64,000 nucleotides of DNA from an uncultured Alphaproteobacteria bacterium (GTDB lineage Bacteria > Pseudomonadota > Alphaproteobacteria > RF32 > CAG-239). The translations under genes were made by a program, and so were the position numbers. Position 1 is the stretch's first letter. Each line of letters begins with the position of its first letter. The notes beneath the pieces are model-generated. The model saw only the letters and a program-made list of their open reading frames with translations, was not told where the DNA came from and ran no database searches. Below, in pieces: positions 10,543-21,230 of the stretch. The stretch spans positions 18,287 through 82,286 of the forward strand of contig CASZWJ010000002.1 in assembly GCA_949493535.1 (NCBI GenBank), written 5' to 3'.

Positions 10543-12198
10543 ATGCGCGCAAAGATTTATTTTGATTTTTTTATATTGTTTTCATTGCTTGCATTGGGAA
10601 TGATTTTGGGCGCCTGCTTCATGTTTGAGTTTTCATGGGATTTTGCCAATTATCATTATTATAACCCTTGGGCTTTTTTTAATGGCAGGCTGGGATATGA
10701 CATAGCACCGGCATCGGTGAATACATATTTTAACCCGCTTATAGATATACCTTTTTATTCTCTGGTAAAATATTTTAATGATTCGCCACAATTCGTTTCC
10801 GCTGTTCAAGGAAGCTATTACGGTATTTTGCTTTTTGTTTTTTACAAAATCTGTCTGTTGTTTTTTGCCGGTTCAAAAGGGCAAAAAGTATTAAAAACGC
10901 TTTTGGCGTTGCTTATCGGCGGAACAGGGTATGCAACGTTTATGCAAATTTCCACAACGACAAATGAGATTCAGATTGCAATATTGGTTTTGTCCGGCTT
11001 TTATTTCTTAGCCAAAGAATTCAGCCCGTGTAAAAGCGGAAAAAATACGGCATTTATATTGTCGGGACTTTTATTCGGGACGGCATTGGGGTTGAAGTTG
11101 ACGGCGGTGATTTATTGCGCGGCTTCGGGTATCAGCCTGATTTTAATGTTTCGCCATATAGAGCGCCCTCTGGTTAAAATCGGAATTTTTACAATTTCGG
11201 GCTTGCTTGCTTTTCTTGCTGTTAACGGATATTGGATGTGGCAGATGTGGTTGCATTTTGGCAATCCGCTATTTCCGTTTGCAAATGCGATTTTCAAATC
11301 AGAGTATTATGATTTGGCAAATTTTTCTGATAGGCGTTATCTTCCCAAAAATTGGGTGCAGTTTGTTTTTTATCCGTTTTTCTGGGCGTCTCATGATAAA
11401 CGATATGTAGGAGAACATGTGTTTATTGATCCCAGATTTGCCGTTTTGTCATTGATTGCGTTTGCTTGGCTGCTTATGTTTGTTAAAAGAAAGACACAAA
11501 CGTCTTTGTTTAATAAATTTTTATATCTTTTTATGTTTACAAGTTATGCAATTTGGCTCTCTTTGTTTTCGATTATCCGCTATCTTATACCGATAGAGAT
11601 GCTGGCTGCGATTGTTATCGTTCAAGTATTATGGTATGTGAAAACAGAGAAAATTTGGCAGCAGATTTTGATTTATCCGTTTATTGTTGTCTTTATCTTT
11701 ATTTTGACAACTGTTTTTAGAGAAAGTGAGTCATGGGGAACGCGTGCGGGCAGTGAAAAAATTATTGATGTCGAAAATGTTGAAGTTAAGGATAATAGCC
11801 TGATTTTTCTTTATAACATGCCGTCAGCGGCGATAGGGGCTTGGTTTGCCGATAAGGCGGAAAATGTCAGGTTGCTGGGAACTTTGCAGTTTAATGCGGT
11901 TGAAATGAAAGGAACTGATTTTTCGGACAGAAAAATGTTTAGGAAAATTAAAGATGATTTGATTTCACAACATAACGGCGATATAATTGCTTTGGTTCGC
12001 CTATGGTGTTCAAAGCAATGTTTGGATAAGATAGCCGAAGATAAAATGTTGCAAGATATGTATTGCCGAGAGCTTAAGAACAATCTGGATTCCAATGTTT
12101 TTGTCTGTCGTTATCAAAAATGGTTTGAAGGCAATCAAAAGGGGTTGGAAAAATTAATTCAGGACAGAAATAATATGATTTCATGGTCTATACGTTGA
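10543..12198 (+). CDS. Polytopic GT-C-like glycosyltransferase, paralog 2
   Basis: WDFANYHYYNPWAF, STTTNE, GLKLT, FGNPLFPFAN. Confidence 0.72.
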   Translation: MRAKIYFDFFILFSLLALGMILGACFMFEFSWDFANYHYYNPWAFFNGRLGYDIAPASVNTYFNPLIDIPFYSLVKYFNDSPQFVSAVQGSYYGILLFVFYKICLLFFAGSKGQKVLKTLLALLIGGTGYATFMQISTTTNEIQIAILVLSGFYFLAKEFSPCKSGKNTAFILSGLLFGTALGLKLTAVIYCAASGISLILMFRHIERPLVKIGIFTISGLLAFLAVNGYWMWQMWLHFGNPLFPFANAIFKSEYYDLANFSDRRYLPKNWVQFVFYPFFWASHDKRYVGEHVFIDPRFAVLSLIAFAWLLMFVKRKTQTSLFNKFLYLFMFTSYAIWLSLFSIIRYLIPIEMLAAIVIVQVLWYVKTEKIWQQILIYPFIVVFIFILTTVFRESESWGTRAGSEKIIDVENVEVKDNSLIFLYNMPSAAIGAWFADKAENVRLLGTLQFNAVEMKGTDFSDRKMFRKIKDDLISQHNGDIIALVRLWCSKQCLDKIAEDKMLQDMYCRELKNNLDSNVFVCRYQKWFEGNQKGLEKLIQDRNNMISWSIR

Positions 12199-12215
12199 TT
12201 TATAGGAGAAAAGTG

Positions 12216-13148
12216 ATGGCACGGGAAAATGTGGCGGTTATTATACCCTGTTATAATGAAGAAGTGGCAATAGCCAAAGTGGTTGATGATTTTAAGCAGA
12301 TTTTGCCTGAAGCCAAAATTTATGTCTATGACAACAATTCTTCCGACAAAACGATAGAAGTGGCTCAAAAAGCCGGCGCGATTGTTCGCAGTGAACCGTA
12401 TCAGGGAAAGGGAAACGTTGTCCGCCGTATGTTTGCCGATATTGATGCTGACGTTTATGTGATGAGCGACGGTGATGAGACTTATGATTTAAAACGGACG
12501 CCGGAATTAATCAAAGAGCTGGTTGACAATAACCTCGACATGGTTGTCGGAGCGCGTAAAGAAGTTGATTTGGCGGCTTATCGTGTCGGACACCGCTGGG
12601 GAAATGCGGTATTGACCAAGTTGGTGCAAAGCTTTTTCAGGCATGAGTTGGTTGACATGCTTTCCGGTTTCAGGGTTTTTTCCAAACGTTTTGTGAAAAC
12701 GTTTCCTGCTCAGTCCGGCGGTTTTGAAATTGAGACCGAGCTGACGGTTCATGCCTTGTCTTCGCGTATTCCGATGAAAGAAATCGATACGGATTATTTT
12801 GCCCGTCCCGAAGGTTCTGTCAGCAAGCTTTCGACATATCGCGACGGTATCCGCATTTTGGCAATGATTGTTAATCTGGTTAAAGATGAACGCCCGCTGC
12901 TGTTTTTCAGCCTGCTCGGAATTTTGTTTATGATTCTGTCGCTTGTTTTCGGTATTCCTGTGATCGGGCAATATCTTGAAACAGGGTTGGTTCCGAGAAT
13001 GCCGACGACGGTTTTGTCAACCGGTTTGATGATTTGTGCCGTTGTCAGCCTGCTTGTCGGCTTTGTTTTGGACAGCGTTTCAAAAAGCCGCAAAGAGGTT
13101 AGGCGAATGGCTTATTTGAATTATAATCCGGTTCGTGAAGGCAACTAA
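12216..13148 (+). CDS. GT2 polyprenol-phosphate glycosyltransferase (GtrB/DPM1-like)
   Basis: IPCYNEE, YDNNSSD, DGD, DMLSGFR, FEIETE, two C-terminal TM helices; GGAG before ATG 12216. Confidence 0.9.
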   Translation: MARENVAVIIPCYNEEVAIAKVVDDFKQILPEAKIYVYDNNSSDKTIEVAQKAGAIVRSEPYQGKGNVVRRMFADIDADVYVMSDGDETYDLKRTPELIKELVDNNLDMVVGARKEVDLAAYRVGHRWGNAVLTKLVQSFFRHELVDMLSGFRVFSKRFVKTFPAQSGGFEIETELTVHALSSRIPMKEIDTDYFARPEGSVSKLSTYRDGIRILAMIVNLVKDERPLLFFSLLGILFMILSLVFGIPVIGQYLETGLVPRMPTTVLSTGLMICAVVSLLVGFVLDSVSKSRKEVRRMAYLNYNPVREGN

Positions 13149-13294
13149 TGTAGAAGGCAATCCGGATATTGTTAAATTAACCGTAAATTATAATAATATC
13201 CTTGCAAAAGCCGTTGCTTCAATTTTATTGTCAGCTTCGCTTTCGACAAGATTTCCGGAAAGAATATTTTATTAATGGCGGATAAGCGAAAATC

Positions 13295-14905
13295 ATGATT
13301 GAAAACAAAATTAAACCCTTCGTTTTGTTCCTGCTTTTTCTTGTTTGCGGCGGGGTAATCAGCATTGCTTTGAAGTTTGAGCATATGTGGGATTTTGCCA
13401 ATTATCATTATTATAATCCATGGGCTTTTTTGAATAATCGGGTCAATTATGATATTGCCGTTGCGGGAATTAATGCTTATTACAGCCCTTTTGCAGATAT
13501 TCCGCTTTATTATCTGATAAAATATTTTAACGATTATCCTAACCTTATTTATTTTGCACAAGGTTTATGGTTTGGCGCCTTGGGTTTTGTTATGTTTAAG
13601 GTATCGGAATTGTTTTTTGCAGATGTACGGAAGGTTCTCTTTGCTTTGTTATTGGGATTGAGCGGTTATGCCGTATTCTTTCAGATAGGTACAAGCACAA
13701 ATGAGATAATGCTTTCTTGTTTTGTCATGTTGAGCCTGTATCTGCTGTTGCGCGAGATTTTTATTCTGAGGCAGGGGCGTTATCGTATTTTTTTATTGGC
13801 GGGATTAATAGCCGGAGTGGCGCTGGGATTAAAGTTAACCAGTATTATTTATGTGTTGCCGCTTGGATTATCTTTGATTTGTTTTGCCAAAAATATTCCT
13901 CATCCTACTAAAAATATCGGGATATTTGTGCTGGGCGGCTTAATAGGCTTTTTGCTTATTGACGGTATCTGGTTGTGGAAAATGCAGGTGTTGTTCGGTA
14001 ATCCGTTTTTTCCTTTTCTTAATAAATTTTTTCAATCTGAGTATTTTGAAATCAGAAATTATACGGATGAGCGTTTCCTGCCAAAAAGTTTAGCAGATGC
14101 TTTGCTGCTGCCTTTTCATTGGGCTTTTAATACCTTTAGGGCAGACGGCAATACTATTGCGGTAGATTTTCGCTGGGCTGTTTTATTTGTATTGGCTTTC
14201 ATTGCTGCGGGAAGACTTTTTTACAAAAAGGAAAAGCCAAAGGCAGAAACAGCTTTTTTGATTGTTTTTACATTATTGTCTTATTGTTTCTGGATAAAGC
14301 TGTTTGCAATCGGGCGATATATGGTTGTGTTGGAGCTTTGTTCGGCGATATTGGCGGTCAAGGCAATTGTTTATTTGCTTCCCCGGCGGGAGAAAGTGAA
14401 GACGGTTTATTGGCAAGTTGTTTCCGCTTTGTTTTTTGTTGCCATGCTTACGCCGATTTTCAGCCAGATTTGGGGATGCCGAAATTGTGTTGTTGATAAT
14501 AATATGTTTTCTCAGTTTGTTGCGGTTGACGGCGTCAAAATACCGGATAATACGCTGTTGATGTTTTATAATTATCCGTCTGCGGCATTGCTTCCTTATT
14601 TTTCCGGAACGGCAGACAATATTCGCGGCGTTTCTATCAAACAGAAAAATTATCTGACGGCGGACGGAGAGACCGATGTTTTTAATGCAATCCCTAAATG
14701 GAAGAAAGCAAAGGAAGATGCTCTGAATAGTCACAAAGGGCTGCGGGTTGCCGTTTTTGCCGTTGAAGATGAAGAAACAATTGAGGCTTTGTTGAAAACG
14801 GACGATTTGCTCAAGGGAATGGTTTGTAAGAGGAAGCGAAGCAACATAATTCCGTCATACCATTTTTGCGTGGCTGCAGACAAGCAAAGCGAGATATTCA
14901 AATGA
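13295..14905 (+). CDS. Polytopic GT-C-like glycosyltransferase, paralog 3
   Basis: Same motif set as paralogs 1 and 2. Confidence 0.72.
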   Translation: MIENKIKPFVLFLLFLVCGGVISIALKFEHMWDFANYHYYNPWAFLNNRVNYDIAVAGINAYYSPFADIPLYYLIKYFNDYPNLIYFAQGLWFGALGFVMFKVSELFFADVRKVLFALLLGLSGYAVFFQIGTSTNEIMLSCFVMLSLYLLLREIFILRQGRYRIFLLAGLIAGVALGLKLTSIIYVLPLGLSLICFAKNIPHPTKNIGIFVLGGLIGFLLIDGIWLWKMQVLFGNPFFPFLNKFFQSEYFEIRNYTDERFLPKSLADALLLPFHWAFNTFRADGNTIAVDFRWAVLFVLAFIAAGRLFYKKEKPKAETAFLIVFTLLSYCFWIKLFAIGRYMVVLELCSAILAVKAIVYLLPRREKVKTVYWQVVSALFFVAMLTPIFSQIWGCRNCVVDNNMFSQFVAVDGVKIPDNTLLMFYNYPSAALLPYFSGTADNIRGVSIKQKNYLTADGETDVFNAIPKWKKAKEDALNSHKGLRVAVFAVEDEETIEALLKTDDLLKGMVCKRKRSNIIPSYHFCVAADKQSEIFK

Positions 14906-16518
14906 TGCTAAAAAATTACTTTTCCAAAGACCTGATGTTGCTGTTATTATTTCTCACCGGCGGCGGCTTGGTTTCGATGCTGCTTAAATATGAAGTTTTA
15001 TGGGATTTTGCCAATTATCATTATTATAACCCATGGGCTTTTGTGAATAATCGAATCAATTATGATATTGCTGTTGCCGGTATCAACGGTTTTTTTAATC
15101 CGCTGGCAGATATTCCGCTTTATTATCTGATAGAATATTTTAACGATTATCCGAATTTAATTTATTTTGCGCAGGGTTTATGGTTTGGCGCCTTAGGTTT
15201 TATCATTTTTAAAATTGCCGGATTATTTTTTGCAGACATGCGTCCGGTTTTATTGGTTTTGCTGCTGGGGCTGAGCGGTTATGCGGTATTCTTTCAAATA
15301 GGAACGAGTACTAATGAAATCATGATAAGTTGTTTTTTGTTGTTCAGCCTTTATCTGATTTTAAGGATATTGGGCAAAAAAAGCGAAGCCGGCAGCCGTT
15401 TGTTTTTTGCCTCAGGAATAATGTCCGGAGTGGCACTGGGATTGAAGCTGACAGCAATCATTTATTGTATTGGTTTGGGAGCAGGCTTAATTTTCTTTTA
15501 TAAGAAAATACCGCATCCGGTTGAAAATATTTTGATGTTTGCTCTGGGCGGTTTATCCGGATTTTTGTTGATTGATGGTTTCTGGCTGTGGAAAATGTGG
15601 GAACTGTTTGGCAATCCGTTATATCCGTATGCTAATAAGATTTTTCAATCGGAATATTTTGAGATCAGAAATTATACGGATGGCCGTTTTCTTCCGCAAA
15701 CTTGGGCAGAATATGTGTTTTGGCCTTTTTATTGGGCTGTCAGAACCAGCCATCCGGCTGATCAGGCTGTCGTTATTGATTTTCGCTGGGGCATTTTATC
15801 CGTATTGGCGTTTGTTGCGGCCGGCAAAGGAGTTGCACTAAAATCAAAACCTGCGGATACAACTGCTTTTTTAATTGTTTTTACGGTGTTGTCTTATTTT
15901 GTGTGGGTTAGTTTTTTTGCAATCCGGCGGTATATGATTCTGCTGGAGATATGCGGTATGCTGCTGTCTGTAAAAGCCGTTATATTTTTAGTTCCTAAGA
16001 AGCGAAAAAAGCTTTATTTCTTTTTTATTTCCATATTATTTTTGGTGGCGATGCTGACGCCTGTTTTGTCACAGAAATGGGGCGGCCGCATTTTCAGCGG
16101 CGAAAAAGAGGCTTTTGACCGCTTTGTTGCGGTTGACGGTGTCAAAATACCGGATAATACGCTGTTGATGTTTTATAATTATCCTTCAGCGGCATTGCTT
16201 CCTTATTTTTCCAGAACGGCGGAAAATATCCGCGGCGTTTCAATCCGGCAAAAAAGTTATTTTGCGGCCGACGGCGAAGAAGACGTTTTTAATGCCAATA
16301 CAAAATGGCGCAGAAAAAAGGCCGAAGCAATCCTTTTGCATAAGGGGCTGAAAGTTGCCGTGATTTCAAGAGAAAATGCCGATACGGTAAAAAAAATGCT
16401 TGAAACGGAATTTTTGTTAAAAGGTATGTTTTGTTGGCAAAAGCGCAGCAATATTGTTCCGGGATTGTATTTTTGTGTTCGGCCTGATAAGCAACAGGAG
16501 ATTTTTGCCGGTGAATGA
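14902..16518 (+). CDS. Polytopic GT-C-like glycosyltransferase, paralog 4
   Basis: Same motif set; ATGA overlap with the paralog 3 stop. Confidence 0.72.
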   Translation: MMLKNYFSKDLMLLLLFLTGGGLVSMLLKYEVLWDFANYHYYNPWAFVNNRINYDIAVAGINGFFNPLADIPLYYLIEYFNDYPNLIYFAQGLWFGALGFIIFKIAGLFFADMRPVLLVLLLGLSGYAVFFQIGTSTNEIMISCFLLFSLYLILRILGKKSEAGSRLFFASGIMSGVALGLKLTAIIYCIGLGAGLIFFYKKIPHPVENILMFALGGLSGFLLIDGFWLWKMWELFGNPLYPYANKIFQSEYFEIRNYTDGRFLPQTWAEYVFWPFYWAVRTSHPADQAVVIDFRWGILSVLAFVAAGKGVALKSKPADTTAFLIVFTVLSYFVWVSFFAIRRYMILLEICGMLLSVKAVIFLVPKKRKKLYFFFISILFLVAMLTPVLSQKWGGRIFSGEKEAFDRFVAVDGVKIPDNTLLMFYNYPSAALLPYFSRTAENIRGVSIRQKSYFAADGEEDVFNANTKWRRKKAEAILLHKGLKVAVISRENADTVKKMLETEFLLKGMFCWQKRSNIVPGLYFCVRPDKQQEIFAGE

Positions 16519-16627
16519 AAGACTGTTTTCAAACTTTTTTGTTTTTATTCGTATTTCTTTACCATTTATTGATTATATTTAGATATTGTCGAATAAATAG
16601 TTGGATTTATTGTTTGAGGAAAACAAA

Positions 16628-17257
16628 ATGATTGAAAAAAGTTCTTTAGATGTTTTTAGAAACAGTCTGGTTCCGATGGTTATTGAACAGACTTCCAAAG
16701 GCGAGCGTTCTTTTGATATTTATTCTCGTTTGCTCAAAGAAAGAATTATCTTTTTGACCGGCGAGGTTAATGACGATATTTCTTCTCTGGTATGCGCTCA
16801 GCTTTTGTTTCTGGAATCGGAAAATCCGAAAAAAGATATTTTCATGTATATCAATTCTCCCGGCGGTTCGGTTACTGCCGGTATGGCGATGTATGATACT
16901 ATGCAGTATATTTCCTGCGATGTGGCGACTATGACAATAGGCCAGGCTTGTTCTATGGGGTCTCTTTTGCTGACTGCCGGCGCTAAGGGAAAACGTTTTT
17001 CTCTGCCTAATTCGCAGATTATGATTCACCAGCCGTCAGGCGGTGCCAGAGGGCAGGCCGCAGATATTGAAATTCAGGCCAATTTGATTTTGGCGATGAG
17101 AAAGCGCCTTAACCAATTGTATGTCAAACATACCGGACAAAAACTCAGCGTTATTGAAAAAGCAATGGACCGCGATAATTTTATGACGCCGGAAGAAGCT
17201 AAAAAATTCGGTTTGATTGACCATATTATTACTAACCGTGCAGATATGTTGAAATAG
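16628..17257 (+). CDS. clpP: ATP-dependent Clp protease proteolytic subunit
   Basis: [32 protein letters not shown]. Confidence 0.98.
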   Translation: MIEKSSLDVFRNSLVPMVIEQTSKGERSFDIYSRLLKERIIFLTGEVNDDISSLVCAQLLFLESENPKKDIFMYINSPGGSVTAGMAMYDTMQYISCDVATMTIGQACSMGSLLLTAGAKGKRFSLPNSQIMIHQPSGGARGQAADIEIQANLILAMRKRLNQLYVKHTGQKLSVIEKAMDRDNFMTPEEAKKFGLIDHIITNRADMLK

Positions 17258-17267
17258 GAATACGATT

Positions 17268-18530
17268 ATGACAGATAATTCAGATAACGGCGAAGTATTA
17301 TACTGTTCGTTCTGCGGCAAAAGCCAGTCCGAAGTTAAAAAATTGGTAGCCGGGCGCGGCGTTTATATTTGTGACGAATGTATTGAAGTCTGCATTAACA
17401 TCGTTGCGGACGAAATGGCTGAAGAAGCTAAAAAACACGGCGGGATTGATTCTGAAAATCTGCCGACCCCGTCCAAAATCAAAGAATTTTTGGATCAATA
17501 TGTCATCGGGCAGGATCATGCAAAACGCGTGTTGGCCGTTGCCGTCTATAACCATTATAAACGTTTGAACTGCATTGATAAAAAATCTGATGTCGACGTG
17601 GCTAAATCCAATGTGGTGCTGATTGGCTCGACCGGCAGCGGCAAAACGCTGCTTGCCCAGACTTTGGCCAAGATTTTGGATGTGCCTTTTGCTATTGCAG
17701 ATGCCACGACCCTGACCGAAGCCGGCTATGTCGGCGAAGATGTCGAGAATATCATTTTGAAGCTGGTTCAGTCTGCCAATTATGATATTGAAAAAGCTCA
17801 GCGCGGCATTGTTTATATTGACGAGATTGATAAAATTACCCGCAAGACCGACGGGCCGTCGATTACGCGCGACGTGTCGGGCGAGGGTGTGCAACAGGCT
17901 TTGCTTAAGATTATTGAAGGTACGATTGCCAATGTCCCGCCGCAGGGCGGACGCAAGCATCCGCAGCAAGAATTTTTGCATGTTGATACGACCAATATCC
18001 TCTTTATTTGCGGCGGCGCTTTCTCCGGTTTGGAAAAAATCGTCGGGCGCAGAGGCAAAGAATCTTCAATCGGTTTCGGCGCTGAAGTGAGAGGGCCGGA
18101 CGAGCGCCGTGTCGGAGAAATTTTGCAGGAAGTCGAGCCGGAAGATTTGCTGAAATATGGTTTGATTCCCGAATTTGTCGGTCGTCTGCCTGTTATTGCA
18201 ACTTTGGAAGATTTGGATGAAAAAGCTTTAATCAAAGTTTTGACAGAGCCCAAAAACGCTTTGGTTCGCCAATATGCCACCCTGTTTGATATGGAACATG
18301 TCAAACTGACCTTTACGGACGGCGCATTGAAAGCTATTGCCAAAAAGGCAATCGAACGCAAGACCGGCGCTCGCGGCCTGCGCGCCATTATGGAGGAAAA
18401 TCTGCTGGAATTGATGTATGATATTCCCGATAAGAAAGATGTTGTTGAAATCGTGATTGACGAGAAAGTTATCAACGACAAAAAAGCTCCGAAATATATT
18501 TGCAGAAAAGCAGATAAAAAGTCTGCATAA
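17268..18530 (+). CDS. clpX: ATP-dependent Clp protease ATP-binding subunit
   Basis: CSFCGK zinc finger, [25 protein letters not shown]. Confidence 0.98.
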   Translation: MTDNSDNGEVLYCSFCGKSQSEVKKLVAGRGVYICDECIEVCINIVADEMAEEAKKHGGIDSENLPTPSKIKEFLDQYVIGQDHAKRVLAVAVYNHYKRLNCIDKKSDVDVAKSNVVLIGSTGSGKTLLAQTLAKILDVPFAIADATTLTEAGYVGEDVENIILKLVQSANYDIEKAQRGIVYIDEIDKITRKTDGPSITRDVSGEGVQQALLKIIEGTIANVPPQGGRKHPQQEFLHVDTTNILFICGGAFSGLEKIVGRRGKESSIGFGAEVRGPDERRVGEILQEVEPEDLLKYGLIPEFVGRLPVIATLEDLDEKALIKVLTEPKNALVRQYATLFDMEHVKLTFTDGALKAIAKKAIERKTGARGLRAIMEENLLELMYDIPDKKDVVEIVIDEKVINDKKAPKYICRKADKKSA

Positions 18531-18608
18531 GCGGATAAAAGGAAAAAGCCGTAACCGAGAGTTGCGGCTTTTTCTGTTGTCTGAATAAGAAGAAACGGCG
18601 AGGGATCA

Positions 18609-19442
18609 GTGCTTAACAAAATTGATATCAGGAAAGAAGAAAAACAGCTTTTTGACGCTTATGGCACTTGTTTGCAAAGAGTGTGCGGAAAGCCTTTTTA
18701 TGAAGATTTTGCCCGTGAAAAAATCAAACATTCAATGCAGGTTGTCGGTGCCGGAAATTATATTTTGAAAAATGAAAAAACGTTTCAGAATCGCTCCGAA
18801 GATTATTTGAAGCTGGGCAAGCTGGTGAATTTGTTTCATGATATCGGGCGTTTCAAAGAAATAGAATTGTTGAGCCGGAATCCGGATTCAAAACATAATC
18901 ACGGCTATTACAGTTATGAAATTCTGAAGGAGCTGGGCTATGATGATTTGCGGCTGCTGCTGCCGGTTAAACAGCACGGAAATCTGGCGGAAGCTTTAGG
19001 CGAAGACAATGAGTTTCAGAGGATTAAAGATACGCAGTTGAAGCAAGAAGTGGAAGAACTTTATGGCTTGGTGAAAGATGCGGATAAGATAGCTAATTTG
19101 TATTTAATTAAGCATGACCGGCGTATTTTTAAGGATTTGTTTTTCTCAGGACTGAGTGACGAAGTGAAGTTTGCTCCTGTTTCTGCGGCTGTGCAAGCTG
19201 CATTGGAGAATAAGACGCTTGTTAAAAATAAAGACAGAATTTCTTTTTCTGACCGTTTAATACAGATATTGTGTTTTGTTTTTGAGATATATTATAAATC
19301 GTCTTTTACATTTATTCTAAAACATGATTTATTTGCGAATGTTTATGAAGAATTGGCAAAGTTTTGCCCTGATAAAAAGCAAGCGGCTTTTATAAAAGAA
19401 TATATTTCGGCATATATCCTGAAACGATATAATGAAATGTGA
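18609..19442 (+). CDS. HD-domain protein
   Basis: KHS...FHDIGRF...HNHG...KDADKIAN. Confidence 0.8.
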   Translation: MLNKIDIRKEEKQLFDAYGTCLQRVCGKPFYEDFAREKIKHSMQVVGAGNYILKNEKTFQNRSEDYLKLGKLVNLFHDIGRFKEIELLSRNPDSKHNHGYYSYEILKELGYDDLRLLLPVKQHGNLAEALGEDNEFQRIKDTQLKQEVEELYGLVKDADKIANLYLIKHDRRIFKDLFFSGLSDEVKFAPVSAAVQAALENKTLVKNKDRISFSDRLIQILCFVFEIYYKSSFTFILKHDLFANVYEELAKFCPDKKQAAFIKEYISAYILKRYNEM

Positions 19443-19443
19443 T

Positions 19444-19752
19444 TTATAAGCGATGAATCATTGATTTTGACAAGTTGAGGATTTCTTCAAAATTGTCATC
19501 GGTTGATGTTTTGTTGCGGCGAGTATGTCCGCATTTGGTGCAACGGTGAATAATAGTGTATTCGCCGTTTTTTAATTCAACGGCTTCCGGCTTCATCAAA
19601 CCGCCGCAATCTGCTGCCCTGTCGCCAGGATTAATATCGACATGTTTGCTCCACAAACAGTTGGGGCAGTGGTTTGTATAACCGTTTCCGGTAACTTTGG
19701 TTCCGCAGTGTTCACAGATAAAATCTTCGGTTCGGCGGCTGAATTTTTTCAT
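19444..19752 (-). CDS. RNHCP-domain zinc-binding protein
   Basis: FICEHCG, YTNHCPNCLWSKHVDINPGDR, HRCTKCG. Confidence 0.85.
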   Translation of the reverse strand: MKKFSRRTEDFICEHCGTKVTGNGYTNHCPNCLWSKHVDINPGDRAADCGGLMKPEAVELKNGEYTIIHRCTKCGHTRRNKTSTDDNFEEILNLSKSMIHRL

Positions 19753-19901
19753 CTTATTTCTCCTTGTTGTCTTAAACTATCTGTTTGTTTGCAAAAAAGC
19801 AAGTTTTTGATGATGAGTTTTTATTTGCATAACATAATTTTAGTGATATATTTTCACTATTCCGATTATTCTTATATTCACTTATTAATGTTATTAGTTT
19901 T

Positions 19902-20264
19902 ATGAAAAAAGTATTTTATTTTTTATCGAAAGCATCAGCATTCGTTAAATCTTTTTTGAAAAGATGCGTCAGAGCCTGCTGGTTTTTATTTGTGCAAGTG
20001 CTTGCTGTGTGCATGGCTACGGCTTCCTGGTGTGTTATTGTGGATGAATTGCAGTATTTTCATTCTGTTAATTGGTTTAGTTTTATGGGGGCAGCTCAAT
20101 TTGTTGTGCATGTCCTGTTGGTGGGATTGCTGGTCTGGTTAGGGCTGTTTGGAATTCTGTTTTTGTTGTCGGAAGCAGTATTCATTTGGGCTTTTATTCA
20201 ATCAAGGAGCTTCCTAGGCGACTCGACTGATAAAAAGGGCTGGCTTTCAGATCTTTTTCAATAG
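19902..20264 (+). CDS. Hypothetical membrane protein
   Basis: 120 aa ORF with two hydrophobic segments. Confidence 0.55.
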   Translation: MKKVFYFLSKASAFVKSFLKRCVRACWFLFVQVLAVCMATASWCVIVDELQYFHSVNWFSFMGAAQFVVHVLLVGLLVWLGLFGILFLLSEAVFIWAFIQSRSFLGDSTDKKGWLSDLFQ

Positions 20265-20426
20265 GTTTTATCTTGCTTATATTATCTTTTTCAACGGAGC
20301 GGCGGTTATAAAGACTACCGCTTTTTTGTTTGGGGCAGGGATGTGTTTTATAGAATTGCGCTCACCGACTATCCGCTCCGAACAGGCTCCCTTTGGCCGC
20401 TGTTCGTTCAGATAGCAAAATCCATA

Positions 20427-20460
20427 AAAAAACACCATCTTGGAAGATGGTGTTTTTTTT
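20427..20460 (-). terminator. Terminator after tRNA-Cys/tRNA-Asn
   Basis: AAAACACCATCTT-gg-AAGATGGTGTTTT inverted repeat with flanking A/T runs. Confidence 0.8.
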
Positions 20461-20461
20461 A

Positions 20462-20536
20462 TGGCTCCGGCTGCCTGATTCGAACAGGCGACCAATCGGT
20501 TAACAGCCGATTGCTCTACCGCTGAGCTAAGCCGGA
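20462..20536 (-). tRNA. tRNA-Asn(GTT)
   Basis: TCCGGCT...ATCGG-CTGTTAA-CCGAT...GTTCGAATC...AGCCGGAGCCA. Confidence 0.97.
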
Positions 20537-20544
20537 ATAAATTT

Positions 20545-20619
20545 TGGAGGCCGGTACCGGAATTGAACCGATATAAAAGGATTTGCAGTCCTCTGCATAA
20601 GCCATTCTGCCAACCGGCC
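20545..20619 (-). tRNA. tRNA-Cys(GCA)
   Basis: GGCCGGT...GAGGA-CTGCAAA-TCCTT...GTTCAATTC...ACCGGCCTCCA. Confidence 0.96.
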
Positions 20620-20785
20620 AATGTGTACCGTAACTCACTCGGTGTCTCTATATATACAAATTTTTTTTGCCGCGTCAATACCTTTTTTTATTTTTTTTTA
20701 CAGTTATGCAAAATCATGTAAAAAAGGGCTTTTTTTATACGTATTATTCGATATCATAACATCAATTTGAATGAATTTTTAGGAG

Positions 20786-21229
20786 ATGTTTATGGAAAAA
20801 ATTGCAATAGGATCAGATCACGGCGGTTTTGAATTAAAGGAAAAATTGATTAATCGTTATAAAAATCAAGGCGTTAATTTTATTGACTTGGGAACACATT
20901 CTTCCGACTCCTGCGATTATCCTGATATTGCCGATAAAATGTCCGAATCTGTTTTAAAAGGCGAGGCTGATTTGGGAATCCTGATTTGCGGAACCGGAAT
21001 CGGTATTTCTATTGCCGCAAACCGTCATAAAGGAATCCGCGCGGCAATTTTGTATGATGATTTTACGGCGGAAATGGCGCGCCTGCATAATAATGCCAAT
21101 ATTATGGTTTTTGGCGGGCGGACGATGCCGTTTGAAGATGTTGCCAGAAGGATAGACATTTTTCTGAAAACCCGCTATGAGGGCGGCAGGCACCAAAGGC
21201 GCTTAGATAAGTTGGATGAGGATAAATAA
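20786..21229 (+). CDS. rpiB: Ribose-5-phosphate isomerase B
   Basis: GSDHGG, DYPD, ICGTGIG, HNNAN, GGRHQRR. Confidence 0.96.
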   Translation: MFMEKIAIGSDHGGFELKEKLINRYKNQGVNFIDLGTHSSDSCDYPDIADKMSESVLKGEADLGILICGTGIGISIAANRHKGIRAAILYDDFTAEMARLHNNANIMVFGGRTMPFEDVARRIDIFLKTRYEGGRHQRRLDKLDEDK

Positions 21230-21230
21230 G

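Noticed and set aside
20277-20678. ORFs 20277-20678 and 20343-20525
   Set aside because: They overlap tRNA-Asn/tRNA-Cys and terminators
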